Positions 9,618 through 18,251 of a stretch of 64,000 nt of DNA are shown here, in pieces. The translations under genes were made by a program, and so were the position numbers. Under the pieces are notes generated by a model. The model searched no databases and was not told where the DNA came from. It saw nothing but the letters and a program-made list of their open reading frames with translations. This stretch comes from Oceanispirochaeta sp. GTDB taxonomy: Bacteria > Spirochaetota > Spirochaetia > DSM-2461. The stretch is from positions 1,088,001 through 1,152,000 of the forward strand of contig CAXXOA010000001.1 of NCBI GenBank assembly GCA_963666275.2, read 5' to 3'. Within the stretch, counting starts at the first letter, position 1, and each line of letters begins with the position of its first letter.

Positions 9618-9934
9618 TAAGTCAATTTGATATCTGTCTGATAAATCTGGATAAAGTCGTTTCCCGGGATATAAGCAAAACCCGGTTCTGCCTTATCCTC
9701 TCTCCCACGGAAATGATCGAATCCCTTTCGACCATTCTGATCGCTCCCATGTCGACCCGGGTTCAGTCCGGCCCTACCAGGCTGGAAGTTTCCCTGGAGG
9801 GAAAGAAAGGACTGATCGTTCTGGACCAGATCCGGACAATCCGGAATAACCGTCTGATCCGCCGGCTGGGACATCTGGATGAAGAGTCCTCCCGGCAGGT
9901 CAAGAGCATTCTGGCCGAAATCTTCCTGCTCTGA
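9611..9934 (+). CDS. PemK/MazF-family toxin (divergent)
   Basis: KTR.C.ILSP, IAPMST, LDQIRTI and RL.RRLG motifs. Confidence 0.85.
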   Translation: MVISQFDICLINLDKVVSRDISKTRFCLILSPTEMIESLSTILIAPMSTRVQSGPTRLEVSLEGKKGLIVLDQIRTIRNNRLIRRLGHLDEESSRQVKSILAEIFLL

Positions 9935-9937
9935 TGG

Positions 9938-11207
9938 CTATTTCATCCGAATATTGTTCCGTCCCGATTTCTTGGCTGAGTAGAGCCGTTCATCCGCCAG
10001 CTGCAGAAGTTTCGTCGAATCTTCCCCCTCCCATTCAATCAGTCCGCCGCTGAAGGATACATGCAGTTCCTCGCTGATCCCGGGGAAGGACATTTCATGG
10101 AAGGTTTTCCGCAATCGGTCGGTTATTCCAAATGCGGTTTCACAATCCGTATCAGGCAGGATCAGCATAAACTCCTCTCCGCCGTAGCGGCCGAAAATAT
10201 CATAGTCTCTGATATTCTCCGTAAAATGGCTGCTCAAAGCTTTGAGTATCTGATCGCCATTGGGATGACCGTAGGTATCATTAACCAGTTTGAACTTATC
10301 TATATCAAGCAGCAGGAGAGAGAGGGTGCTGATTCCTCCGGGCAATACTGATCTCCCGGGATAATCTGTCCATCAGGTATCTGTGGTTTTTAACACCCGT
10401 CAGGCCGTCGGTTATCGACATCTCCTCCATGATTTTGTTCTGCTCATCCAGTTTTTTCATCATCTGATAACTTCTGTAACTGCTTTTGAGTCTGGCAAAA
10501 AGCAGACGGGCGTCATAGGGTTTTATGATGTAGTCGTCAGCTCCTGAATCCAGTACATGGACAATGGTATTGTATTTTTCCAGAGAGGACACAGCGATGA
10601 TCACAGCGTAGGGATACTTCCGGCGCAGTTCCTGAACCACTTCTTCTCCCGACATACCGGGAAGGACAAGGTCGATCAGGTAAATGTCATAAGGAGTTGG
10701 ATCCTTTAGAAATTCAAGGGGATCAGTAAAAGTCCGGATATTTTCAATCTGATACATGCTCAGCATGGTTTTTGCTGTGTTCAGACTTAACTGGCTGTCA
10801 TCCAGAATCGCCACCGAAGCCGATCCCAGTTTGCTGATCATATGGATCTGATTTTCAAAATGGTTCAGATGCTTTTCCAGATTTTCCGGAGTGAATTTTT
10901 CTTTTCTTATAAAATCGACAACACCCAGGTTAAAATACTTTTTCCTCAGTTCAAAAGTGTCGTTCGATGTGATCAGGATAACGGGTATCTCTCTGAAGGG
11001 AGATTTTTCCAGTTTCCTCAAAAGGGCTTCAAGGTTTCCGTCCCGCAGCTCCTGACCGCTCAGGATCAGGTCTATTTTCTGTTTCTCAAGGATTTCCCAG
11101 GCTTCGGCTATAGAGGAGCCCCCCAGAAACTCCAGGGATTCATAAAGATTGGATTTCTGTATTGCCTTCTTAAAAAAGCTGCTAAAGTCCAGATGCAGTA
11201 TTTTCAT
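9938..11207 (-). pseudogene. REC-REC-GGDEF diguanylate cyclase split by a frameshift at ~10316-10324
   Basis: ORF 10305-11207 holds two receiver domains and the start of GGDEF (TDGLTG..N.RY). ORF 9938-10345 holds LLDIDKFK..NDTYGH..GD and RDYD..GGEEF. The frames join at a (GA)4 tract. Confidence 0.85.
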
Positions 11208-11548
11208 AAACTTAAATTTAATACCTTATTTTCCTTAATATTTAATTATATGTACATAAAATGGAGTAATGCCACTTTTCCCAGATGTTCCTGTTTAACA
11301 TAAATAGGGGGGGAATATAAAGCATATCTTGTTTTCTTTCATTTTTCTGAAGCTACATTTTCTAAAATAGAGAAGAATCTTTGGCGGTAAAATGATTATA
11401 TGGTTTGTAATAATTACCACCAGTAAAAAGAGATATTTATTGCATCGGTGAAATATGATATACTGGGTACGACATACTACTCTTCAATCAGCTGTTCCGA
11501 AAATTTTGTTTTTTATAAAAATTTTCATACCAAGAATGGAGGATCTTT

Positions 11549-12709
11549 ATGAAAAAAGTACTTTTACTGGTTTTTGCTTTCCTATCAATTTCGGTTAATC
11601 TCTTTTCAGTTGAACCAGAAAAAGAAGTTATTGCCATCCTTGATCTTTCTATTAATGAAGTAAATGAAAATGAGATGGCGGTTCTGCTGGATTTTATTTT
11701 CTCCAGTCTTGTTAATACAAATTCCTATACGGTTATTGACAGAAACCAGAGAGATGAAGTCTTGAAAGAGCAGAGGTTTTCTCTCTCCGGTGTATCCAGC
11801 AATGAGACTGCAGTTGAAATCGGAGAGTTGCTTTCTGCTCAGTACATTGTTACAGGAAGTCTGGGAAAGGTCGGGCAGAGGTATATCATAAATCTGAAGC
11901 TCATTGATGTAGAATCAACAGAGACCATACAATCCATTTCAGAGAAATATACCACTTTTGATGATATTCTGGATGATACGGATAGATTGGCTATTTTTTT
12001 GACAGAGTCCCTGGACAGGGAAATGCAGTCTTTAAAACAAAATGACTTGGGAATGCTCGATCTGACTCTCTTTGATCAGACAAATTCTCTCATTAAGGAT
12101 GGTTTAACGGCTAATTATGAGATGGTCCGTGAAAGGAGCAGGCTCTTGAGTCCTGCTGAAAAAAAAGCCTTGTATGACAGGAACAGCAGAAATGCCCTGA
12201 AAGGTGCTATTGTAAATACTCTCCCTGGTTTTGGAGTCGGCTCATATCTCAATCATAATAAGACAGCAGGCGTATCACTCATGGTTTCTGATATTATTGC
12301 CGCCTCCCTTATCTTTACAGGCGGAGTTATCGGATATTTCAATAATGAAGACTGGAAAGAGGAGCATTCCGAATACTGGGTAGAAGATTCTGACGGAGGC
12401 GATGACTGGAATGGTGACAGAGGGGATTTTATAGATGAGAACGGAAATGTCATTGTTAATCCGGACTTTAAATTCTATGATACGGCTTTCCAGTCGGGTC
12501 TCATTCTCTTCGGTCTGACCAGAATTGCCGGAATAGTTATTCCTTCTGTTTTCACATCTAAATACAATGAAAAGCTGAGCGATTCACTGAATTTGTATTC
12601 AGAAGGAAATAAGGAGAAAGTTTCAGTAAATATGCAGATTCTTCCAGCCATATCTCCGTTGAATCCAACCCTGGTGGGTGTGTACACCGGGATCGGTTTA
12701 CAGTGGTAG
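11549..12709 (+). CDS. Exported protein: CsgG/FlgO-like N-terminal domain plus Borrelia P13 porin-like C-terminal region
   Basis: RBS GGAGG and signal peptide. VIDR.QRD.VLKEQ..AVEIGELLSAQYIVTGSLGK pattern; LYD.NS..NTLPGFGVGSY resembles P13; terminal W. Confidence 0.6.
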   Translation: MKKVLLLVFAFLSISVNLFSVEPEKEVIAILDLSINEVNENEMAVLLDFIFSSLVNTNSYTVIDRNQRDEVLKEQRFSLSGVSSNETAVEIGELLSAQYIVTGSLGKVGQRYIINLKLIDVESTETIQSISEKYTTFDDILDDTDRLAIFLTESLDREMQSLKQNDLGMLDLTLFDQTNSLIKDGLTANYEMVRERSRLLSPAEKKALYDRNSRNALKGAIVNTLPGFGVGSYLNHNKTAGVSLMVSDIIAASLIFTGGVIGYFNNEDWKEEHSEYWVEDSDGGDDWNGDRGDFIDENGNVIVNPDFKFYDTAFQSGLILFGLTRIAGIVIPSVFTSKYNEKLSDSLNLYSEGNKEKVSVNMQILPAISPLNPTLVGVYTGIGLQW

Positions 12710-13134
12710 ATTTATTTTAAAATTGAAGCTGTAGATAAGCGCTTTGAAGATATCAATTCAAGGTATTCAGAATCCCGGAGGATACAAACTGATGGTATAT
12801 AGAACTCCGGGATGATATGGTTAAACACTACAATTGACTTTCTATCTTCCTTACCAGAATCTTTCTACCCCTGACCGGGGAGTAGAAGCAGTGATTGGTT
12901 GATACTCTCTTCAGTGAAATCCCCTGAAATAATATAACTTAAAAGAATCCTGTAGAAAATCATTTTACCGTTCCCTGTTCCGGTCCGGACAGAACAATCT
13001 GAAATGAATTATTTGCTTAATCCTTCTGCCGGATTCTATATTTAATAGGTAAAGTGACGGATGCAGATTTTGCGCCGATCACAGTATCACTTCTACATAC
13101 CGTCTCAGTCTATAGTCATAATCGGGGGATTGGT

Positions 13135-13749
13135 ATGAACAGAAGGTTTCTAAAAAGAATATTTTTTATACTATTTTTAACATTTACGGTAACGCTATGG
13201 CTTTCAGGGGCAGAACCGGCCGGACCAGACAAGAGGCTTTCAGTTCTGGGAGGTTTCGGAGTATCCAGCGCACGGGGCGATTATCCTTCAGAGTTTGATG
13301 CCAGGAGCGATTTTTCCTTTACTCCCGGGGTACGTCTCAAAGTTGAGGAGCTGCTGCTGGAGGAATCCTATTTCTTCTTTGATCTGGGTTACCTGGAAAC
13401 AGGTTTTGTGGGGTATGTGAGTCCTACGGACACCTACTTCTACAACACATATACCTATCTCAACCTTAATGTCATGATAGGAAAGCTCTACCAGAAACTC
13501 TACTATGCCGGGGGAATTTACCTGGGTATAGGACTGGATGCCTATAGTTATAAAGAGTATGAAGATAAATGGGGCTCCTTTGATCCTAACAATGATTTCG
13601 GTATTGTTGTTGAAGTCGGAGCCGATATTACAACCTTCCTCTCTCTGGGAGTACAGGGCAGATACGGTCTGACAAGTATCGGTTCCAAAGTGGATATCAA
13701 GAATCAGGGAATCTTGGGGACTATCAGTTTCCATGTCCTGAGGTTTTGA
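13135..13749 (+). CDS. Outer-membrane beta-barrel protein (PorT/OmpA-like)
   Basis: Signal peptide, alternating amphipathic strands, DFG...RYGL pattern and C-terminal Phe. ATG at 13135 follows GGGGG. Confidence 0.65.
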   Translation: MNRRFLKRIFFILFLTFTVTLWLSGAEPAGPDKRLSVLGGFGVSSARGDYPSEFDARSDFSFTPGVRLKVEELLLEESYFFFDLGYLETGFVGYVSPTDTYFYNTYTYLNLNVMIGKLYQKLYYAGGIYLGIGLDAYSYKEYEDKWGSFDPNNDFGIVVEVGADITTFLSLGVQGRYGLTSIGSKVDIKNQGILGTISFHVLRF

Positions 13750-13876
13750 AACTAGCGGTTTACCGTACTTCCTGTAGACATGGATAAACATTTCAACAGA
13801 CTCTATATTTTTCTTTCAGAAATATTCCTGATCTTGATGGGAGAGATCTTGGCCATCTTTCTCCGTTGAGCCATCC

Positions 13877-15091
13877 CTAAACCACTGATCCTTCATAGAT
13901 CTCCGCCAGTTCAGGAAAGGGTTCCAGCGCCCGGGGCAGAAGGCCGTTTGCCCAGGCCAGGAAGAGGCCGTAGTTTAATACGGGCACATTTTTTTCCCTG
14001 AAGGCGTTCAGACGGGAGTGCATGGCTTTCTGGGTGGTCATACAGCCGCCGCAGTGGATAATCAGATCCCATTCCCCGGGATTATCCGGGAGCTGACGGC
14101 TGTGGGAGAATTCCACCCGGGAACCTACGAGCTGACGGAAGAGCCGGGGGATTTTCACTGTACCCAGATCTTCGGCCTGCCTGTGATGGGAGCAGGCTTC
14201 CATTACCAGGACTCTACCGTTTACCGGAAAGTTCTGCAGAGCCTTCAGGCTGCGGATGAACAGCTCGGGATCTCCTTTCTTGCGGGCAAAGAGCAGGGAG
14301 AACGAGGTCAGAGGCTGATCTTCAGGCAGGTCCGCCGCCACTTTATGAAAGGCCTGGCTGTCTGTTATAACAAGGGAGGGTTTGATCCCCAGGTTGTGAT
14401 AGAGAGAGTAGAGCTCCCTTTCCTTGACGATCAGAGCGGCACAGTCCCGGTCCAGCAGATCCCGGATGGTCTCCACCTGGGGCAGGATCAGCCGTCCGGC
14501 GGGAGCGGCCAGATCGATAGGGGTCACAAGGAGCACCAGGTCCTGCTCTTTCACAAGGCCTTCCACGGGAGTCATCTCCCTGTGAATCTCCTTGTCCAGC
14601 TTCTCTATTTTCCGGATCAGCTCTTCCGAGGATTTTTCTTTCGTATTGTCCAGCAGGATCCTTTTTTCCGGAGGAAAGAAACTCATCTTGTTTTCCAGAA
14701 CATCCCGGTCCGCAAAAGTGATGACTCCGATCCAGGGAAGGTTCTTCTCTTCCAGCCAGGCCAGAAGGTCTTTTTCACTGGCCGTGACCTCCCTGTCTCC
14801 GGGGGACACAAAGAGGATCACATCCGCCGCTTCCATCCGCTCCCTGGATTTGCGGATCCTCTGTTCCCCCAGGTCTCCCAGGTCATCCAGTCCCGCTGTA
14901 TCGGTCAGGGCGCACATACCCAGTCTGCCCAGCTCGATTTTACGGGTCACCGGGTCTGTGGTGGTTCCGGGGGTATCCGAGACGATGGCTACCTCTTTCT
15001 GAAAGAGGTTGTTCATCAGGGACGATTTTCCCGCATTCCTGACTCCCGCCAGGACAATTCTCGTCAGTTCTGCAAGGGGGGTGCTGCTCAT
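13877..15091 (-). CDS. hydF: [FeFe]-hydrogenase H-cluster maturation GTPase
   Basis: GVRNAGKSS, GTTTDPV, DTAG, PAGRLILPQV, TDSQAF, LTSFSLLFAR and FeS motif CSHH...HCGGC. Confidence 0.95.
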   Translation of the reverse strand: MSSTPLAELTRIVLAGVRNAGKSSLMNNLFQKEVAIVSDTPGTTTDPVTRKIELGRLGMCALTDTAGLDDLGDLGEQRIRKSRERMEAADVILFVSPGDREVTASEKDLLAWLEEKNLPWIGVITFADRDVLENKMSFFPPEKRILLDNTKEKSSEELIRKIEKLDKEIHREMTPVEGLVKEQDLVLLVTPIDLAAPAGRLILPQVETIRDLLDRDCAALIVKERELYSLYHNLGIKPSLVITDSQAFHKVAADLPEDQPLTSFSLLFARKKGDPELFIRSLKALQNFPVNGRVLVMEACSHHRQAEDLGTVKIPRLFRQLVGSRVEFSHSRQLPDNPGEWDLIIHCGGCMTTQKAMHSRLNAFREKNVPVLNYGLFLAWANGLLPRALEPFPELAEIYEGSVV

Positions 15092-16425
15092 TGGGATCCT
15101 CCTGTGGTAAATCCAGTCAGTTTATAGGGGGTAAATTTTTCCGTCAGGTACTCTTTGCTCAGGTCTGTGTTCTCAGCCAGCCAGAGGATAAGCTCCTCTT
15201 TCGTAACCAGTCCCGCCTCTTTTATCCGGAGGATCAGCTCCTTCAGGCCGCTGTATCCCAGCTCATCTTTCAGGGAGTTCAGCAGTGCAGGGCTGTTGAC
15301 CAGGCGGGATTCCATTTCCCTCCTGTCGGGCACCAGGGCTTCCATCAGGGGGCCCGAGGCGCAGGCAAGGGCTTTGCCCAGCCTGGTATGAAGACGGATC
15401 ATCTGCTCAGCCAGAAAGGGCAGGTTTGCATTGAGCTGCAGCTGGCCGCTCCGGCTGTACTCCCTGATCAGTCCGGCCGTGGACGAAACTTCCATGCACA
15501 GCCCCCGGATCAGTTCCAGAAGGACAGGGTTCGATTTATAGGGCATGATGGTGGAACCGTACTGCAGTTCCCTGTGCCGGATCTCTCCGCTCAGGGAGGA
15601 GGTATACAGAAGAAGATCCGAGGTCATTTTGTATAGGTTCTCGCCGCAGAGGGCCATTCCCGAGGCTGTTTCGGCCAGAGAGTCCGTATGGGCCACCTGG
15701 TCACAGAGGTTCTGACTCCGGCAGAGGGGATAGGATGTGATTCTGCGGAGCTGCTTTTCCGCGGCAAAAACATACTCCCGGGGGGCCGAGAATCCAGTTC
15801 CTATGGCGGTTCCCCCCAGAGGGATGGTCCTCAGGCGTTCTTTCAGTTTATTCAGCCGCCACCGGTCCCTCTCCACAGGGCCGGCCCAGGCGCTGTAAAC
15901 CTGGCCCAGAGTCATAGGGAGGGCATCCTGAAGCTCTGTGCGGCCGCAATGGAGCCACTCCTCATAAAGAGTCTCTCTGGAAACCAGTTCCTCCTGCAGT
16001 CGGACCACACTCGTCTCCGTCTCTTCGAGAAAACGGAAGGTCATCAGGATGACGGCGGTTGAAAAAGTATCATTAGTGGACTGGAAGCGGGCCAGATGGT
16101 CCAGGGGATGGGCCCGGAATGTGCCGTCATATTTCTCATTGGTTCTGTTTGCCAGAACTTCGCAGATGTTCATGTGAAGGCTGGTTCCCGCACCGCCCTG
16201 GGCCAGGGGAAGGGGAAAGTGATCATCCAGGTCTCCCCGGATAATCTCCCGGGCGCTTTCCTCCAGCAGAGGAAAGTAATCTTCAGGATAGAGAGACGCC
16301 GTCTCCTGCTGCGCCCTCAGAGCGGCCAGTTTGACCTCTCCGTAAGCCCGGATCATTTCCCGGGGAGTCCTGTCCTCTCCCAGTATCTCAAGGGCTTTCC
16401 GGGTTTCTTCTCCGTAGTAGTTCAT
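15088..16425 (-). CDS. Aspartate ammonia-lyase-like (fumarase/aspartase superfamily)
   Basis: QGGAGTS, QSTND, GRTELQDA, LGGTAIGTG, variant signature GSTIMPYKSNP and GQLQLN. Confidence 0.85.
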   Translation of the reverse strand: MNYYGEETRKALEILGEDRTPREMIRAYGEVKLAALRAQQETASLYPEDYFPLLEESAREIIRGDLDDHFPLPLAQGGAGTSLHMNICEVLANRTNEKYDGTFRAHPLDHLARFQSTNDTFSTAVILMTFRFLEETETSVVRLQEELVSRETLYEEWLHCGRTELQDALPMTLGQVYSAWAGPVERDRWRLNKLKERLRTIPLGGTAIGTGFSAPREYVFAAEKQLRRITSYPLCRSQNLCDQVAHTDSLAETASGMALCGENLYKMTSDLLLYTSSLSGEIRHRELQYGSTIMPYKSNPVLLELIRGLCMEVSSTAGLIREYSRSGQLQLNANLPFLAEQMIRLHTRLGKALACASGPLMEALVPDRREMESRLVNSPALLNSLKDELGYSGLKELILRIKEAGLVTKEELILWLAENTDLSKEYLTEKFTPYKLTGFTTGGSQ

Positions 16426-17447
16426 GCCCCCTCCCGCAGAACCCGGGGGGCATCGCCTCTGGCAAAGCTGAGCTCCCTTTCAAGGGGTTTCACCCGCATG
16501 GAAAGGCAGCCTATGCACTGGATCCCGCTTTCATCCAGGCAGATCTTTCCCGGGTAGAGCAGATAGTCTTTTTTATAGTCCACCTGGGTCAGATTGGGCA
16601 TCAGCACATTGGCGCCTGCCCTGATCATCTGCTCCCTTCCGTCCGGTTCGAGTGTTCCGGCGGCGGTTGTGGCGGGGATATGGGTTTCAGGCAGGGCCAG
16701 GCGGAGGAGAGCCACCCCCCGGACTGCTTCTTCTATTCCCTGTTGGGGAGCCTCTTTCAGAGGAGTATCCGGATGGGGAATGAAGGGGCCGATTCCTACC
16801 ATATCCAGTTTCAGTTCCTGAGCCAGCAGAATATTCTGCAGTCTGATCTCCGCTGTCTCTTCGGGCAGGCCCAGCATAAAGCCGCTTCCTACCTGAAAGC
16901 CCGCGGCTCTGATATCCTCCAGAGCCTGCAGACGCAGGGCCAGAGTTTTTCCGTCCCGCAGATAGGCATGCAGGGCGGGATCGGAGGTTTCAAAACGCAG
17001 CAGATACCTGTCTGCCCCGGCCGCAGCCATTTCCCGGTACTCCTGAGCGCTCCTCATGCCGCAGCTCAGGGTCACTGCCGCTTCTCCCCGGGACATCTCT
17101 TTCAGGGATTCAATAACACGGCAGATTTTTTCGGTTGTATACACCGGATCTTCCCCGCCCTGGAGAACAAAGGTACGCAAACCCCGGTCAAAACCGGCCC
17201 GGGCCGCTTCAATGAGCTTGTCTTCCTCAATGCGATAGCGGTTTACATTCCGATTGCTTTTCCGGATGCCGCAGTAGAGACAGTTGCTGATACAGTAATT
17301 GGTATATTCCAGAAGTCCCCTGAGGAGGACATCCTTTCCGTGAACCCTGCGGCAGACGCTGCCGCCAAGGGCAATCAGTTCTTCCGTAGGGGCATGATAG
17401 AACAGATCTCTCAGTTCTTCCGGTTTCAGAGCTGTGGGGATATTCAT
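16422..17447 (-). CDS. hydE: [FeFe]-hydrogenase radical SAM maturase
   Basis: LRGLLEYTNYCISNCLYC, VLQGGED, RYLLRFET, GPFIPHPDTP, GANVLMPN, YLLYPGK and C-terminal Cx7Cx2C. Confidence 0.93.
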   Translation of the reverse strand: MNIPTALKPEELRDLFYHAPTEELIALGGSVCRRVHGKDVLLRGLLEYTNYCISNCLYCGIRKSNRNVNRYRIEEDKLIEAARAGFDRGLRTFVLQGGEDPVYTTEKICRVIESLKEMSRGEAAVTLSCGMRSAQEYREMAAAGADRYLLRFETSDPALHAYLRDGKTLALRLQALEDIRAAGFQVGSGFMLGLPEETAEIRLQNILLAQELKLDMVGIGPFIPHPDTPLKEAPQQGIEEAVRGVALLRLALPETHIPATTAAGTLEPDGREQMIRAGANVLMPNLTQVDYKKDYLLYPGKICLDESGIQCIGCLSMRVKPLERELSFARGDAPRVLREGA

Positions 17448-17642
17448 AGTTCCTCTCCATCAGATTTCATCTTTTGGTCAGACAGGTTTAAACCTGAATC
17501 TTTAAGTCTCCTTGAAAACCGGTAGGTACCGCCTTTCTCAGATTAAAACCAGTATCCTTTATGGAGAGGACTTTTGTCAAGAATGAATAATTAAATATCG
17601 ATTCAAATGTTTCTAAATAACTCGGGTATTCCCGGGGAAGGA

Positions 17643-17984
17643 CTAAATCTTCCCGAAACTTGTGAGGATCCTTTCCAGTTTGGGCTCCAGTACATCCATA
17701 ACGATGAAACGTCCCTCCCGGAGGACCTCTCTTGAATTCACAAAAATGAGGATCACCGGGACATTGTAGAGGCTGTACTGTCCGGCAATCATGGGATCAG
17801 TCTCCAGATAGCAGTCGTATCCCTTTACCTGGGGGTATTTCTCCAGCAGAGCCTCCACATTGGGCTTGACCGCATGGCAGACTCCGCAGTCGTGACGGCT
17901 GAAGTACATGAGATTGACTTCATCCTCTGTACTGATAACGTCCTGTACATCCTGAAATGTTTTAAGTGTCTTAATGAATCCCAT
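17643..17984 (-). CDS. Thioredoxin-family protein
   Basis: CGVC active site and cis-Pro (VP) motif. Upstream TTTACT-17-TATATT lies 8 nt before the ATG. Confidence 0.88.
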   Translation of the reverse strand: MGFIKTLKTFQDVQDVISTEDEVNLMYFSRHDCGVCHAVKPNVEALLEKYPQVKGYDCYLETDPMIAGQYSLYNVPVILIFVNSREVLREGRFIVMDVLEPKLERILTSFGKI

Positions 17985-18083
17985 AATTTCTGAATATAAT
18001 AAAAAACATATATAAAGTAAATTGCCGACAGGAAAAAAAATTAAAGAAGGGAAAGGAAGGAGTGAAATAGAGGAATCCCTTAT

Positions 18084-18117
18084 AAAAATAAACCCCTCCG
18101 CTACACCAACGGAGGGG
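18084..18117 (-). terminator. Rho-independent terminator
   Basis: 8-bp GC stem 18093-18100/18110-18117 followed on the minus strand by TTTATTTTT. Confidence 0.8.
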
Positions 18118-18190
18118 CCAGGAAACTGTTATAAAGGAATCTATGTCATTTACATCGGCAACATGAACTAACAGATCATGTATTAGATGT
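18084..18190 (-). ncRNA. Candidate small regulatory RNA (~105 nt)
   Basis: Promoter TTGCAT(18223-18218)-17-TATATT(18200-18195), 5' hairpin, and intrinsic terminator CCCCTCCG/CGGAGGGG plus U-tract. No RBS-led ORF on this strand. Confidence 0.55.
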
Positions 18191-18251
18191 TTATAATATA
18201 ATTAGCATTGCCTAATTATGCAAGTCTTTTTTCAAAAAAAATAGTAAAAAG

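Noticed and set aside
18200..18217. HrcA CIRCE operator
   Set aside because: TTAGCA is present but the TTAGCACTC-N9-GAGTGCTAA spacing and sequence are not. Only a half-site occurs near 19548.
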